Virus record (IMG/VR): IMGVR_UViG_3300045993_000425
Location: 64,001 to 128,000 of that record
Source of the DNA: a virus
Length of the DNA stretch: 64,000 bases
Strand: one strand, 5' to 3'
The translations under genes and the position numbers were made by a program. The notes beneath the pieces are model-generated. The model made no database searches, was not told the origin of the DNA, and was given only the letters and a program-made list of their open reading frames with translations. Below, piece after piece: positions 1-9,694 of the stretch. Every line of letters begins with the position of its first letter. The stretch's first letter is position 1.

Positions 1-1111
1 ACCAAAGATACGATTCCTCGAAGGTTCCACTGCCGACCGCTGTCGAGGTAACTGCCACCCAGGTCAGGTTTGCACTAGTTGGAACCATCGTGGTTGAGGA
101 GACAGCTCCTGTGTTTGAGTATGTATACGTTAGATAAACCCTATCACCGGCAAGTGCGTTGAATGTCGTCTTATGGAATCCGGCAGTTTGACCTAAGTTA
201 AGGCTGTGGTTGTTGGCGAGAGGAAAGCCTGTACGGACGGTTACGGACGCGCCCCCGCCGGAGCTTGCCTTTGCGATATTGAAGCCGCGACGACGGTAGC
301 CGTTAGTTGGCGGGCCACCTAGAGCGAAGGTGCTATTGCCGCTCCCCACGCCACCACCACTCGAGTTGCCCGCCAGAACAATTTCAACCGCAGCCGCACC
401 CATCGACGTGTTACCAGTCAGAAACGCGGCTAGGTCCGATGATCCGAACGTTACAGGCCCGGGCCCTGACGTGTTTGCGGTAAGCATGCCGGTAAAGCCG
501 TAATGATCCGATGCGTTGTGACTAAACAAATAGGTTGTGTTTGCCAGCGGGTTGAGCGTGCCGCCACCTGTTGACGACGCGGCGGGGGCGGCCCACGCTC
601 CCAGGAGCCAGTTATTGGCTGCGGTTGCGGTGATGGTCACATCCGCGTTGATCCTAGTGGTGCCGTTGCCCGTATTGGTCGAGGTTGCGCCAATCGGCGT
701 TGATGTATTGTGCCCGGTGATCGCACCCACGGTGAAGTTTATTGCGTGACCTGCTGATGCGGCCAGGGTCAGCGTTATCACTTGACTAGTAATCGCGGTT
801 GGGGCTGGCGCGGTCCAGATTTCAGCGGTGTTCCAGACGACCCCGCCGGTAGATCCAGGGGATGACACCCTCTTGGTCCACGTCAGGCCGCCACCAGAGA
901 CGCTTGTGATACCGCTATTGCCTACCGCACTACCAAGACCTACTAGAGCGACTATGAGACGGTCAGTACCAGAGGTGGTAATAGTGACGAAACGACTAGA
1001 AGTGGCAACGCCAGCGTTCATACCTCCATCTAGCCACGAGCCGTCGAGAGCCAGAGCGGCGCGTGCCTCGTTGGCGAGCAGGAGTAGGAGGAGCGGGAGG
1101 ATGCGGCGCAT
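1..1111 (-). CDS. Secreted-type beta-rich fibre/adhesin-like protein (partial, runs off left edge)
   Basis: ATG at 1111, open minus-strand frame to the window edge, read manually: MRRILPLLLLLLANEARA-ALALDGSW...; Thr/Gly/Ser-rich. Confidence 0.7.
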   Translation of the reverse strand, partial: MRRILPLLLLLLANEARAALALDGSWLDGGMNAGVATSSRFVTITTSGTDRLIVALVGLGSAVGNSGITSVSGGGLTWTKRVSSPGSTGGVVWNTAEIWTAPAPTAITSQVITLTLAASAGHAINFTVGAITGHNTSTPIGATSTNTGNGTTRINADVTITATAANNWLLGAWAAPAASSTGGGTLNPLANTTYLFSHNASDHYGFTGMLTANTSGPGPVTFGSSDLAAFLTGNTSMGAAAVEIVLAGNSSGGGVGSGNSTFALGGPPTNGYRRRGFNIAKASSGGGASVTVRTGFPLANNHSLNLGQTAGFHKTTFNALAGDRVYLTYTYSNTGAVSSTTMVPTSANLTWVAVTSTAVGSGTFEESYLW

Positions 1112-1122
1112 TGGCGTGCTTC

Positions 1123-2400
1123 CTAGTTATCGCTCTCGCAGTACATCAAGATGAAGCTCATGCCGAAGTTTGCCGCAGAGCCATTCGCGCCGATGATGCG
1201 CGGGGCCAGGAAAGCCGTGCTGCTGGGTAGGTCAGTAACTGCGCTGATCGTCGTCGTGCAGGAGGCGATGTTCGCGTCGAGTCGCTTCAGCTCCAGTGAT
1301 GCGCTCGTGCTCGACTGTGCAGCGTAGATGGAGAGAGCGAACGTGCTGGTTGGGCTGTTCTTTGCGTAGTTCGCGCCGCAATCCACGCAGGTAGCGGGGC
1401 CGGTCGCGTCGTTGCCACAGAGTGAGATCGTAGTCGATGCGCTCGACCAGCTCGCGAACAGAGAAGAAGTTGCGTTGACGACAGCCTGCGTTCCAGACGG
1501 CGCGGCGATGTTGGTGGACAAGCCGATAAATGCCTGCGACGTGGATAGCGGGACGTGATTGATCCATCGAAACTGGCAGAAGAAGCCGCCCAGACCAGCC
1601 TGATCTCCTCGCCAGTTGGTTGCTGGAGACGAAACGTAAAGGCCGACAGGCGTGCCGTTGGTAGCGCCCGTGCTGTATGGAGCGCGCTTCGTTGACGATG
1701 CCATATTGCCGCCAGCGAACACAGGTGTCGCTGCCGTGCCCGTGAACGTAGAGGCCCAGCCGCTATCGCTTTTACCTGCCGATGCGCCCGTGGCGAGCGT
1801 GTAGCCGGAACCGTTAGACCAGATGGCTGGCTGCGCAAACTGATCGACGCCCGAGGGGGCCATCCATGCCATAAGTGCTCGGTTAGCTCGCGTCCTGGCG
1901 AACAACGTGACCCCGTTGCTGGGCGGGTTGGGGATGGGCGACGAAGGGATCGTCAGGTATCCTGCACCGTCGCTGGCTGCGTAGACGAGGCCGCCCAGAG
2001 AGCCGCCGCCCGCGTTGAACTGGACAGCGTTAGTAGAGCCGCCAGGAGCGGTGGCAATCGTGGCTCCTACTGTGCAGTCGGTCCTGGTAGACCCCGAGTT
2101 ATCAACGCAAGTGATACCAGCCCCGGTGAAGTTGAGGTTGGTTCTAGCCGTCAGCGAAACGGCCTCGTCCTGAATCGTGAGCCCGCCGCCGCTGCCGCCC
2201 GAAGACGAAGACGGGCTGGAGATCGTGAGGATGCCGCCCGTCAGCGAGCAGGTCGAGCTACCGGAGCAGTTGAGAACCGTCGCCGCACCGAGAGGAGTAC
2301 CCGCGTTCTGAGCCTGGAGCGGCATTTGCGAGACTCCCGCTCCGATCAAGATGACGGCTACTAGGGCTGTTAGTCCACCCGCTAGGAATGGTCGATTCAT
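1123..2400 (-). CDS. Tail-fibre-like protein with N-terminal hydrophobic signal/anchor
   Basis: 425 aa, Gly/Ser/Thr-rich; TIQDEA..LNFTGAG and PGGS..AVQFN motifs are typical of phage fibre shafts. Confidence 0.6.
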   Translation of the reverse strand: MNRPFLAGGLTALVAVILIGAGVSQMPLQAQNAGTPLGAATVLNCSGSSTCSLTGGILTISSPSSSSGGSGGGLTIQDEAVSLTARTNLNFTGAGITCVDNSGSTRTDCTVGATIATAPGGSTNAVQFNAGGGSLGGLVYAASDGAGYLTIPSSPIPNPPSNGVTLFARTRANRALMAWMAPSGVDQFAQPAIWSNGSGYTLATGASAGKSDSGWASTFTGTAATPVFAGGNMASSTKRAPYSTGATNGTPVGLYVSSPATNWRGDQAGLGGFFCQFRWINHVPLSTSQAFIGLSTNIAAPSGTQAVVNATSSLFASWSSASTTISLCGNDATGPATCVDCGANYAKNSPTSTFALSIYAAQSSTSASLELKRLDANIASCTTTISAVTDLPSSTAFLAPRIIGANGSAANFGMSFILMYCESDN

Positions 2401-2675
2401 TAGTAGGCTCCCAGGTAGTGGACGAGGATCGTCGGATTGGCCGGTGCCCCTTCATTGGCCTCAAATACTATCGACACTGTATCCTCGCGAAGGACTACCA
2501 GAGGGGGTGTAAAGCGAGTCATGCCGGTACACTGAAACGCGACACTGTCGACACCAGTCGCGACCTTCAGAGAACCATCTGCATCACCGCAGTCGATTGA
2601 GACAATGAGACGATCTGCTGATGGCAGGTTGTCAAATGGCTGCGCTGCACCTGGAATCCACTGTGCGATGCTCAT
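2400..2675 (-). CDS. Hypothetical virion-associated protein
   Basis: 91-aa ORF coupled into the minus-strand operon. Confidence 0.6.
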   Translation of the reverse strand: MSIAQWIPGAAQPFDNLPSADRLIVSIDCGDADGSLKVATGVDSVAFQCTGMTRFTPPLVVLREDTVSIVFEANEGAPANPTILVHYLGAY

Positions 2676-2678
2676 GGC

Positions 2679-3752
2679 TTACCACTCCGTAATGCAGACG
2701 GTGACAGAAGTTCCCGTCTCAGAAATAAAGCTGACGGCACCCTTGTAGGTCGGATCAAGTGTGAACGACTGACCGGGCTCTAGTGGCATTTGCGTAGCTG
2801 TTGCTGTAGCGGCGAACGAGTAGCGAACGCGCACTGTGTTTGTGGAGAGCGAGGTCACGATTGCTCCCGCTCTAGTTCCGTTCACAGCCATCAGGTTGTT
2901 GCTGGTGGTTACCGCAGTGCATGTTCCTGTTTTGGTAGCGGCTACGGAGAAGGTCTGGTACATCAGCGTCCCGCTTGCGGAGCTTCCTCGCTGACGATCC
3001 CAAGTCGTTCCGTTGAAAACCATCCCATGTGACTCGACATCAACAGCCCCCGCAGTAGTAACCGCTTCAGCATCTGTATTGGTGCCACCACTATTGGTAC
3101 GCTCCCAGGTGGCCCCATTCCACGTCAGCAGGTAGGCACCGGCCTTTACTGCATCGGTTGGGTTGCCTAGAGCGTCACTCAACGTAGTCGCGCCGCCTGT
3201 TGTCCCAGTAACCGACACAGTGCCTGTGATCCCTACCGAGCCTGACACCACAGCGGTGCCGGTGGTCGCAATCGCCTGTCCACCCAAAATCCCCTGGATT
3301 GCGTTGCCAATAATAGTAATTGTAGTTGCGCTGATTGTCGAGGTGGCAGTTCCGCTCGTCACGGCTCCAGCTCTTACCCGACAGAACCTGGCTCCACCAC
3401 CAAGAGCAGCAGAAAGGTTGTATCCGGTTCCGCTAGCTGTTGCAGTGCTGGTAACTGCGTTTCCTGCGTAGTCAACCCATACTGTATTTGTCCAGACGTT
3501 TCCATCCATTGAGTAGTCTGTCTGAAGGACGCCAACTAGAGTAGAGCTGGTCGGTACTACCACTCCGCAGCCGTTCTCTCCAGCCAGGGCTACCTTGACG
3601 GTTGAGTTAGCAGCGCAGGCATTGATGGAGGCATCGGCGCAAGCCACAGATAAAGTCCCAGACACGATGACATCTGGTGTCTGAGTCGGGAGCGTAGCTG
3701 CCCAGGAGGGAGCCGCAAGCAAGGCAAGAAGGATGAGAAGTCTCAGTCGCAT
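2679..3752 (-). CDS. Signal-peptide protein, fibre/decoration-like, with C-terminal beta-sandwich
   Basis: MRLRLLILLALLAAPSWA signal; two (W/F)NGxTW(E/D)R repeats. Confidence 0.65.
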   Translation of the reverse strand: MRLRLLILLALLAAPSWAATLPTQTPDVIVSGTLSVACADASINACAANSTVKVALAGENGCGVVVPTSSTLVGVLQTDYSMDGNVWTNTVWVDYAGNAVTSTATASGTGYNLSAALGGGARFCRVRAGAVTSGTATSTISATTITIIGNAIQGILGGQAIATTGTAVVSGSVGITGTVSVTGTTGGATTLSDALGNPTDAVKAGAYLLTWNGATWERTNSGGTNTDAEAVTTAGAVDVESHGMVFNGTTWDRQRGSSASGTLMYQTFSVAATKTGTCTAVTTSNNLMAVNGTRAGAIVTSLSTNTVRVRYSFAATATATQMPLEPGQSFTLDPTYKGAVSFISETGTSVTVCITEW

Positions 3753-3758
3753 ATGTCC

Positions 3759-4001
3759 TCAATCGTTCAGAAATGCCCTAACCATCGTAGCCAGCGCAGC
3801 CCCACAAAGTGCCCCAACTAGATCGGCAAGGAAGTCAAGCGCACCTGGATCACCTTTGTGAAGCAGGCCATCCCAGAACACTTCCTTAAGTGCCCCTACT
3901 GTCAGTACCAACACAAAAGCAGGGATGGTGCCAATCTGAAGGGACAGCAACGCTACCAGACCGGCAGAGGCAGTGATATGCAATAGTTTGTCACTGGTCA
4001 T
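3759..4001 (-). CDS. Small membrane protein (DKxxH...KExxD...DxxAD type)
   Basis: Start reassigned to MTSDKLLH; three hydrophobic segments. Confidence 0.6.
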   Translation of the reverse strand: MTSDKLLHITASAGLVALLSLQIGTIPAFVLVLTVGALKEVFWDGLLHKGDPGALDFLADLVGALCGAALATMVRAFLND

Positions 4002-4546
4002 GGCAGCTTCTCCTTGATGTACTTGCCAATACCTGCCAGCAAAGCGAAGCCTAGAAGAATACCTACAAGCCAAGCCCACCAAGGGGGTCCAACCTTCAGT
4101 TCTTTGTGTAGTTCTTCGTGGTTGGTGCTTGTGGTGGCGAGCTCTACTCTGACCGAGCTAGTAGCTGATGCCTCGGTATGCTCTACCCGTCTCTCGACCT
4201 TTGCAGTCTCGAGGGGGCGTTCGATGCGCCTGATCTTGAGCTTCCCCATGACTGAGGAACCAGGAGTGCTAGTGGGAACCACAGAGACAGGCTGCGTAGA
4301 AGACTGGTTCCGCTCCCTAGCCTCTGCCTCGAGGATGGCAGCGATGACCTCTGGAGGCAATTCCGCCTCAGTTTCGGTGATCACCTCGACCGCAGGGGTC
4401 CTACGCTCCTCAGTGACCGTGCTGCTGGTAGATGTCTGAGCAACCGAGACGACTTCTGTTTGGGTCGACTTTTCATCTTGTTTGATTGTATCTTTGACGG
4501 TCGAACATGCCGCCAAGAGAACCAAACCGGCGACTAGGAGCCTCAT
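3998..4546 (-). CDS. Putative unimolecular spanin (N-terminal lipoprotein, C-terminal TM)
   Basis: Start reassigned to MRLLVAGLVLLAA-C lipobox; C-terminal TM PPWWAWLVGILLGFALLAGIG followed by a basic tail. Confidence 0.6.
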   Translation of the reverse strand: MRLLVAGLVLLAACSTVKDTIKQDEKSTQTEVVSVAQTSTSSTVTEERRTPAVEVITETEAELPPEVIAAILEAEARERNQSSTQPVSVVPTSTPGSSVMGKLKIRRIERPLETAKVERRVEHTEASATSSVRVELATTSTNHEELHKELKVGPPWWAWLVGILLGFALLAGIGKYIKEKLP

Positions 4547-4548
4547 AG

Positions 4549-4845
4549 CTACGACTCTTCCTCGACATACAGCACAGTTGCCGCAGCTGAGATGGCATAC
4601 AGGTCTACAGCTGGTCCCAGGGCTCGTTCCTCTGGGATACCAGCCTGCATCGGGTAGCCTGTAGAGGTAGTGACACCAAGAGGACCCAGATACACCTGGG
4701 TGTTTGTATCGTTTGACACTCCCCGCCACAGGAGTCGGCTAGCTAGGGGAACCCCAGAAGCTCCACTCCCGACCTTGGTAGCCGTGTTCGCTGCGAGGGA
4801 GATCTGGTTTGTTGCGACAGCCGTATTGGCGTATGGAGTCGTCAT
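4549..4845 (-). CDS. Small beta-sandwich virion/decoration-like protein
   Basis: 98 aa; R..xxxN....VYLG...T...GY.M.AG pattern shared with neighbouring genes. Confidence 0.6.
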   Translation of the reverse strand: MTTPYANTAVATNQISLAANTATKVGSGASGVPLASRLLWRGVSNDTNTQVYLGPLGVTTSTGYPMQAGIPEERALGPAVDLYAISAAATVLYVEEES

Positions 4846-4848
4846 GGG

Positions 4849-5223
4849 CTAGCCGCCCGGTTTTGCCGATGTCAGAACAGCCGCCTTGACACCAGCCCAC
4901 CCACCACCCTGCGCCAGAGCCTCGAAGGTCGACTTACCGGCCTGACCTACTGCAATGACGCTGGTGTAGAAGCAGAGGCTGTCGAAGCTGCGAAGGTTGA
5001 ACTCGTTCCAACCCTTGTTTGTGCTGAACAAGTAGGAGGCGAGCAACATGGCGATGGAAGCCAGAGCAGTTACAACCGTCCGATACGCAGGAATGGCTGA
5101 CTGTTCAGGTGTCTCGATGACAACCTTGCTAGTTGGCGCAGTTGCCTGGGGGGCAGTTGCCTGGGGGGCAGTTGCCTGGGGGGCAGTTGCCTGCACCCCC
5201 GTATCGGTCGTCGTATCCGCCAT
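4849..5223 (-). CDS. Holin-like membrane protein with QATAP repeats
   Basis: Two hydrophobic segments; lies near the spanin candidate. Confidence 0.45.
   Translation of the reverse strand: MADTTTDTGVQATAPQATAPQATAPQATAPTSKVVIETPEQSAIPAYRTVVTALASIAMLLASYLFSTNKGWNEFNLRSFDSLCFYTSVIAVGQAGKSTFEALAQGGGWAGVKAAVLTSAKPGG
5138..5193. repeat. 15-bp tandem repeat (GCAGTTGCCTGGGGG x ~3.7) encoding QATAP
   Basis: Directly visible. Confidence 0.9.
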
Positions 5224-5227
5224 ATTA

Positions 5228-5644
5228 CTAGCTGATGGAGATCGAGGTGATGTTCTCAGTCAGCGAGTCCGCAGTCGTTAGGCTGCGAGTCGCGGACAGA
5301 GCGCCCCAGCAGAAGATCTTGCCGGTGGTCCCAGAGGCAGTAGTGCAAACGAACCAGTGGGTGGCGTTCGTTAGCGTGATGCCGGTGCCCCACTGAACCG
5401 CCGCGCCCATGCTGAGAACACCAGCGCCGCTGATGGTAGCGTTGGCCGAGGTCCAGTTCTTTCGCGCATAGCCGCCAACCGTGGTGTGTTCGGTAATGGT
5501 GGCAAGCGTCGAGGTAGCAGTCGGGGCTACTGTAGCGAGTCCGACATATAGAGCGTCAGCAACGATGGTGCCGCCACCGGCAGTCGTCCCCTTCGCCAGC
5601 TGGTTGAGAAGAAATGCGCTGCCTTCTTGCGTAAAGTTAGCCAT
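5228..5644 (-). CDS. Phage minor tail/fibre-associated protein
   Basis: LYVGLAT..PT......E....GYAR pattern common in small phage tail proteins. Confidence 0.6.
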   Translation of the reverse strand: MANFTQEGSAFLLNQLAKGTTAGGGTIVADALYVGLATVAPTATSTLATITEHTTVGGYARKNWTSANATISGAGVLSMGAAVQWGTGITLTNATHWFVCTTASGTTGKIFCWGALSATRSLTTADSLTENITSISIS

Positions 5645-5654
5645 CGGATCCTCG

Positions 5655-6059
5655 TTACAGGCTGGTCACTAGCATTGACCAGTTGCCGGTTGTCAAGTCA
5701 GAGATTACTGTTCCCAATAGTGAACCCGTAGATTGGTTGGTCAGTTTGACTAGCTGCCCAGGTGGAGTGCAGGTTCCGGTCACAGTAAAGGGTAGGAGAA
5801 CCTCCCCATTCGGAGGAGGACTTGTGATAGTGATTACTGTCGGAGTGGGCTGATCAACCGGCCAGCTAGCGGTTGGGCTGCTTTTCCAGTCAAGTTCAGA
5901 TGTTGCCGCTGCCCCACCAGCGAACCCGAACTCGCGAAAGACAACCCCATCAGAAGACGCAGCAGAAGCCGCAGCAGCAACGGTGTCATACTCAGCAAAA
6001 GTGGGAGTCGGATCGAGCAGTAGGAGTCTTGCTGCTCTCTCCTGGGAGGCACCAGCCAT
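5655..6059 (-). CDS. Hypothetical protein with C-terminal Ig-like segment
   Basis: ITITSPPPNGEV..FTVTGTC...GNWS Ig-like pattern. Confidence 0.55.
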   Translation of the reverse strand: MAGASQERAARLLLLDPTPTFAEYDTVAAAASAASSDGVVFREFGFAGGAAATSELDWKSSPTASWPVDQPTPTVITITSPPPNGEVLLPFTVTGTCTPPGQLVKLTNQSTGSLLGTVISDLTTGNWSMLVTSL

Positions 6060-6071
6060 CTAAGTCTCCGG

Positions 6072-6383
6072 CTATGACCACTCGCAGAGGATGAGGGCAG
6101 CCCCAGCAGACATGGGTCCGCTTTCGGTTCGAGCGTATACCGCACATTGCTGACCAGCTGGAACGATAGGTAGGGAGTCGCCCTTCATGACCTGGCGACC
6201 CTGATTCCAGGCCAGACCTGATGTCGGTGCGGTGCCGCTGGTGATCACGATCCCAACAGATTGAGTGGTATCGTTGTTCAGAACCTCAACATAACTGCGA
6301 GGATTCAGGGGTGTAATGTCAAGCTGCGTCCAGCCGGTACTGACAGCGGTCACCACTTCTGTTTGTTTGGATGCTGAACTCAT
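6072..6383 (-). CDS. Small beta-sandwich virion/decoration-like protein
   Basis: 103 aa; same pattern as 4549-4845. Confidence 0.6.
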   Translation of the reverse strand: MSSASKQTEVVTAVSTGWTQLDITPLNPRSYVEVLNNDTTQSVGIVITSGTAPTSGLAWNQGRQVMKGDSLPIVPAGQQCAVYARTESGPMSAGAALILCEWS

Positions 6384-6392
6384 TCGACACCT

Positions 6393-9215
6393 CTAGCGAT
6401 AGATTAGAACTACACGACCCGGTTGCCCCGCGCCGCCGGACGCCGCCCCACCATTTCCGATGGTGCCCCGGAACGGATGCTTCGATTGCCCCGGCACGCT
6501 TGAGATCGCCGCTTCTAGGTAGCCGCTGGTGATGAAACTAGATCCGCCGCCGCCGCCGCCCGAGCCGCTGCTGCCGTTATTACTAGCGCCGCCGCCGCCG
6601 CCGCCGTAGTAGCCACCGCCACCGCCACCGCCAGAGGTCCTGATGCCCGCCCCTGCCCCGCCCTGACCAAATGCTCCCGCCGCGCCCGAGGTAACCGCGC
6701 AACCGCCAGCGCCGCCAGCGCCGCCCGTAGACGAGGTAGCGCCGTAGCCGAACCCTCCGAGGCAGCCTCCGATGGCGGGAAATCCGTTCTGCCCAATGCC
6801 TGCGCCGCCGCCGCCGCCGCCGTTGTATGTCGAGAATCCTAATAGAGCGCCGCCGCCACCTCCGGCCGCGACCGCCAGGAAGCCGGTCGTCGATACCGAG
6901 GTGGCGCCGCCTCCACCGGCCCCTCCGTAAGTACCGCTACCGCCCGCGCCGCCGCCGCCGAATCCTCCCCCTCCACCCGTCCCCGAAGTGGAGATGCCGC
7001 CGCCGCCGCCGCCGACCGTAACGACGATCATCTGTCCAGCAGTCACGCTGATCGTCGAAGATGCGAACGCGCCGCCGCCGCCAGTGACGTTGCAGACACC
7101 GCCACAGGCAGTGTCGGTGTCGCCACCGCCACCCGCACCCCACAGGTAGACATCTGCGGTTGTCGCGCCGGCCGGGACGACGACGCTTGTGGTCGTGCCG
7201 GTGTAGTCGATCACATTTGCCTTGTTGCTGGCAAGAGTAGGTGACACAGACACCTTGTAAAAGCGCAGCAAAGCATACCCGTCGCCCGGTGTGGGACGGT
7301 TCACGTCACCCCCGTATCCAACCGCCGTCGGGCGAAGCGGGTTTGATACCTGCGCCGGAGTCGATGTCACGGCTGCTTCGGCGTACTGTCCTGTTCCAGA
7401 CCCGCCGCCGCCAGGGCCAGCTCCCGCAGAGTTGGTCGTATCCGCGCCCCCGCCCCCCCCGCCGTAGTAGCCACCGCCACCGCCACCGCCGGAACGGCCG
7501 CCACCACCAATACCGCCTGCGCCACCGAGCCGGTAAGAGCCGCTAGAGCCCGAGACCGTACCGTTGACGACGGACGGGCCGCCCGATCCTCCGCTCATCT
7601 GCGATCCGCTGCCGCCAGCGCGGGCCGTCCAAGGATAGATCGACCACTCCATTTCACTCAGCACGCCGCCGGTCCAGCCGCCGCCTGGGCCGCCCCAATC
7701 GAACATAAACGGAGCAACCGAGCCGTTGAGCGCAGCTCCGCCGCCGCCGCCAGCCACGATAGACTCGCCAGTAGACACGCGAGTGACCCAGGTGCCGCCG
7801 CCGCCAGAGCCGGCACCGTAGCCGCCGGCAGTCGTGGATCCGCCACCGTTGAAGCCTCCAGCGTGCGCCGCGCCGCCACAGTCAAAACACCCGCTGCCGC
7901 CGCCACCGACGGACACAGACAACCGCTCGCCCGGTGTTACGGACCAAACACCGTACGAGAAGCCGCCGCCGCCGCCGCCTTGGCTACAGTAATTAAGGCC
8001 CACGCCGCACGCACTGGCATAAAAGCCGCCGCCGCCAGCGCCCCAGGTGAGCACTTCTACTGCGTTCATGCCGGCAGGCACTGCGATGGTGGATGACACT
8101 CCAGCGACGATGGCTACGGGAAACACCCCTGTTCCGGCAGTCCGGTTGAAAACGATCACCGCACGACCATTGTATCCATTTTGCACACTGTTAGTAGTTG
8201 TTGACATCCCACCCATACCGGCGTTCCCACCGTAGTATGGACTGCTAGTCATCGCTGCTACTGTGTAAACATCAGATCTTCGCGTATCCCCCCCGCCTCC
8301 GGCATATCCTGACCCACCACCTCCGCTGCCTCCACCCGCCCAGACCGGACCTGATGGTGAGTAGCCACCACCAGCTCCTCCACCAAAGTAACCACCGCCC
8401 CCTCCTCCAGCCAGACCCCCAACGGCTAGTCCGCTGCCGCCCAGAAAGTAGCTTCCCGCCGCCGAGGCTCCGTTGATGGCTTGGTTTCCCTGATCTCCTC
8501 CGGATGTCTGTCCTCCTGGCATGCCTCCACCACTGAAAAATAGTCCCGCACTTCCTTCAAGTGAGCAACAAGCACCTCCAGGAGACGGATAGCCTTCGAG
8601 GCCATATCCGCCGCCGCCCATGCCCCCATACGCATTCGTTCGTCCACCAGCCCCAGAAACGCCCCCACCACCACCAGCTACCAGAAGATCATATGTCGAG
8701 GTAACAACGGTGCCACCCCCTCCACCTCCACCTCCCTTGTTAGTGCTGGCGCAGGTGCTAGCATAGTCTCCGGGCCCACCTGGCGCGATGCCGCTACCTC
8801 CTAGTGCGTATGTGACCACTGAGGACGTTGGGGTACAGATTCCACCACCACCACCACCACCAACTGTTACTGATATTTGACCGTCTAGCGGCACGATTAT
8901 GGTACTGGATGTGAAACCTCCACCCCCACCACCACTTGTCGCGTATTGATGTACGCTGAGTCCACCACCACCGCCACCCCACAAGTAGACATCTACCGCA
9001 GGAACATCCGCCGGAACCGTGCAGGTAATGGTGCTGGTCGAGGTGAATACCTGACCATCGGTACACCAGCCACCGGCAGTCAATACTCTGGTCGATTCAT
9101 CGCTCTGAAAGGATAGCGTTCGACCCTTGCGACCGAGCCCACCTGTGGTCGAAAGCGTCTGGGCTAGTCCAGCGAAAGCTACCAGCAATGTAAGCGCACT
9201 TAGCAGTCTACGCAT
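6393..9215 (-). CDS. Glycine-rich adhesin-like protein with three tandem polyglycine domains and a signal peptide
   Basis: 940 aa; three VP.G...(D/E)V..WG.GGGG...G..ISV.VGGGG units; MRRLLSALTLLVAFAGLA signal. Confidence 0.75.
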   Translation of the reverse strand: MRRLLSALTLLVAFAGLAQTLSTTGGLGRKGRTLSFQSDESTRVLTAGGWCTDGQVFTSTSTITCTVPADVPAVDVYLWGGGGGGLSVHQYATSGGGGGGFTSSTIIVPLDGQISVTVGGGGGGGICTPTSSVVTYALGGSGIAPGGPGDYASTCASTNKGGGGGGGGTVVTSTYDLLVAGGGGGVSGAGGRTNAYGGMGGGGYGLEGYPSPGGACCSLEGSAGLFFSGGGMPGGQTSGGDQGNQAINGASAAGSYFLGGSGLAVGGLAGGGGGGYFGGGAGGGYSPSGPVWAGGGSGGGGSGYAGGGGDTRRSDVYTVAAMTSSPYYGGNAGMGGMSTTTNSVQNGYNGRAVIVFNRTAGTGVFPVAIVAGVSSTIAVPAGMNAVEVLTWGAGGGGFYASACGVGLNYCSQGGGGGGFSYGVWSVTPGERLSVSVGGGGSGCFDCGGAAHAGGFNGGGSTTAGGYGAGSGGGGTWVTRVSTGESIVAGGGGGAALNGSVAPFMFDWGGPGGGWTGGVLSEMEWSIYPWTARAGGSGSQMSGGSGGPSVVNGTVSGSSGSYRLGGAGGIGGGGRSGGGGGGGYYGGGGGGADTTNSAGAGPGGGGSGTGQYAEAAVTSTPAQVSNPLRPTAVGYGGDVNRPTPGDGYALLRFYKVSVSPTLASNKANVIDYTGTTTSVVVPAGATTADVYLWGAGGGGDTDTACGGVCNVTGGGGAFASSTISVTAGQMIVVTVGGGGGGISTSGTGGGGGFGGGGAGGSGTYGGAGGGGATSVSTTGFLAVAAGGGGGALLGFSTYNGGGGGGAGIGQNGFPAIGGCLGGFGYGATSSTGGAGGAGGCAVTSGAAGAFGQGGAGAGIRTSGGGGGGGYYGGGGGGASNNGSSGSGGGGGGSSFITSGYLEAAISSVPGQSKHPFRGTIGNGGAASGGAGQPGRVVLIYR

Positions 9216-9653
9216 TTAGAACCCGATAGCTGAGACATCGATAGAGCTGTTGGTGGATGTCGCGAAGCTCAAGCATGAGATCGCGCCAAGATAGGTGCCG
9301 GGACCCTGGTTGCAGGTATAGGACAGACCGTCGCCTGTGCTGGTGGCAGTACTAGCCTTCAAGATGAAGTGTCGAGTCGTGGTGGGTGTCGAGTGGGCGC
9401 AGAACAGAGGAGTAGTTCCCGTGTTCTGAAGCAAGCACTGGAATCTCTTGGCGTTTGCGCTCAGGACGAGTGTCGATGTTGTATTTAGGTTTAGACAAGG
9501 GCTCGTGCCACAAGCTGGCTGCTCATTGACAGTGCCACCGCTGGGAGAAATACCGACAGGGGTTCCATTGGATAGCCCCTGAACCCTGGTTGTCTGAGCT
9601 ACAGCAACGCTGGCAAGAAGCAAAATCGCAAGAAATGCAAGTAGACGGCTCAT
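9216..9653 (-). CDS. Signal-peptide beta-sandwich protein
   Basis: MSRLLAFLAILLLASVAVA signal; GGAGG SD upstream. Confidence 0.65.
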   Translation of the reverse strand: MSRLLAFLAILLLASVAVAQTTRVQGLSNGTPVGISPSGGTVNEQPACGTSPCLNLNTTSTLVLSANAKRFQCLLQNTGTTPLFCAHSTPTTTRHFILKASTATSTGDGLSYTCNQGPGTYLGAISCLSFATSTNSSIDVSAIGF

Positions 9654-9694
9654 CAAGGCCTCCAAGCCTGTTCAGAGCAAAGATTGCCGCCAGA

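Noticed and set aside
6400-9000. (GCC)n runs as microsatellites or contingency loci
   Set aside because: They are polyglycine codons with mixed synonymous usage
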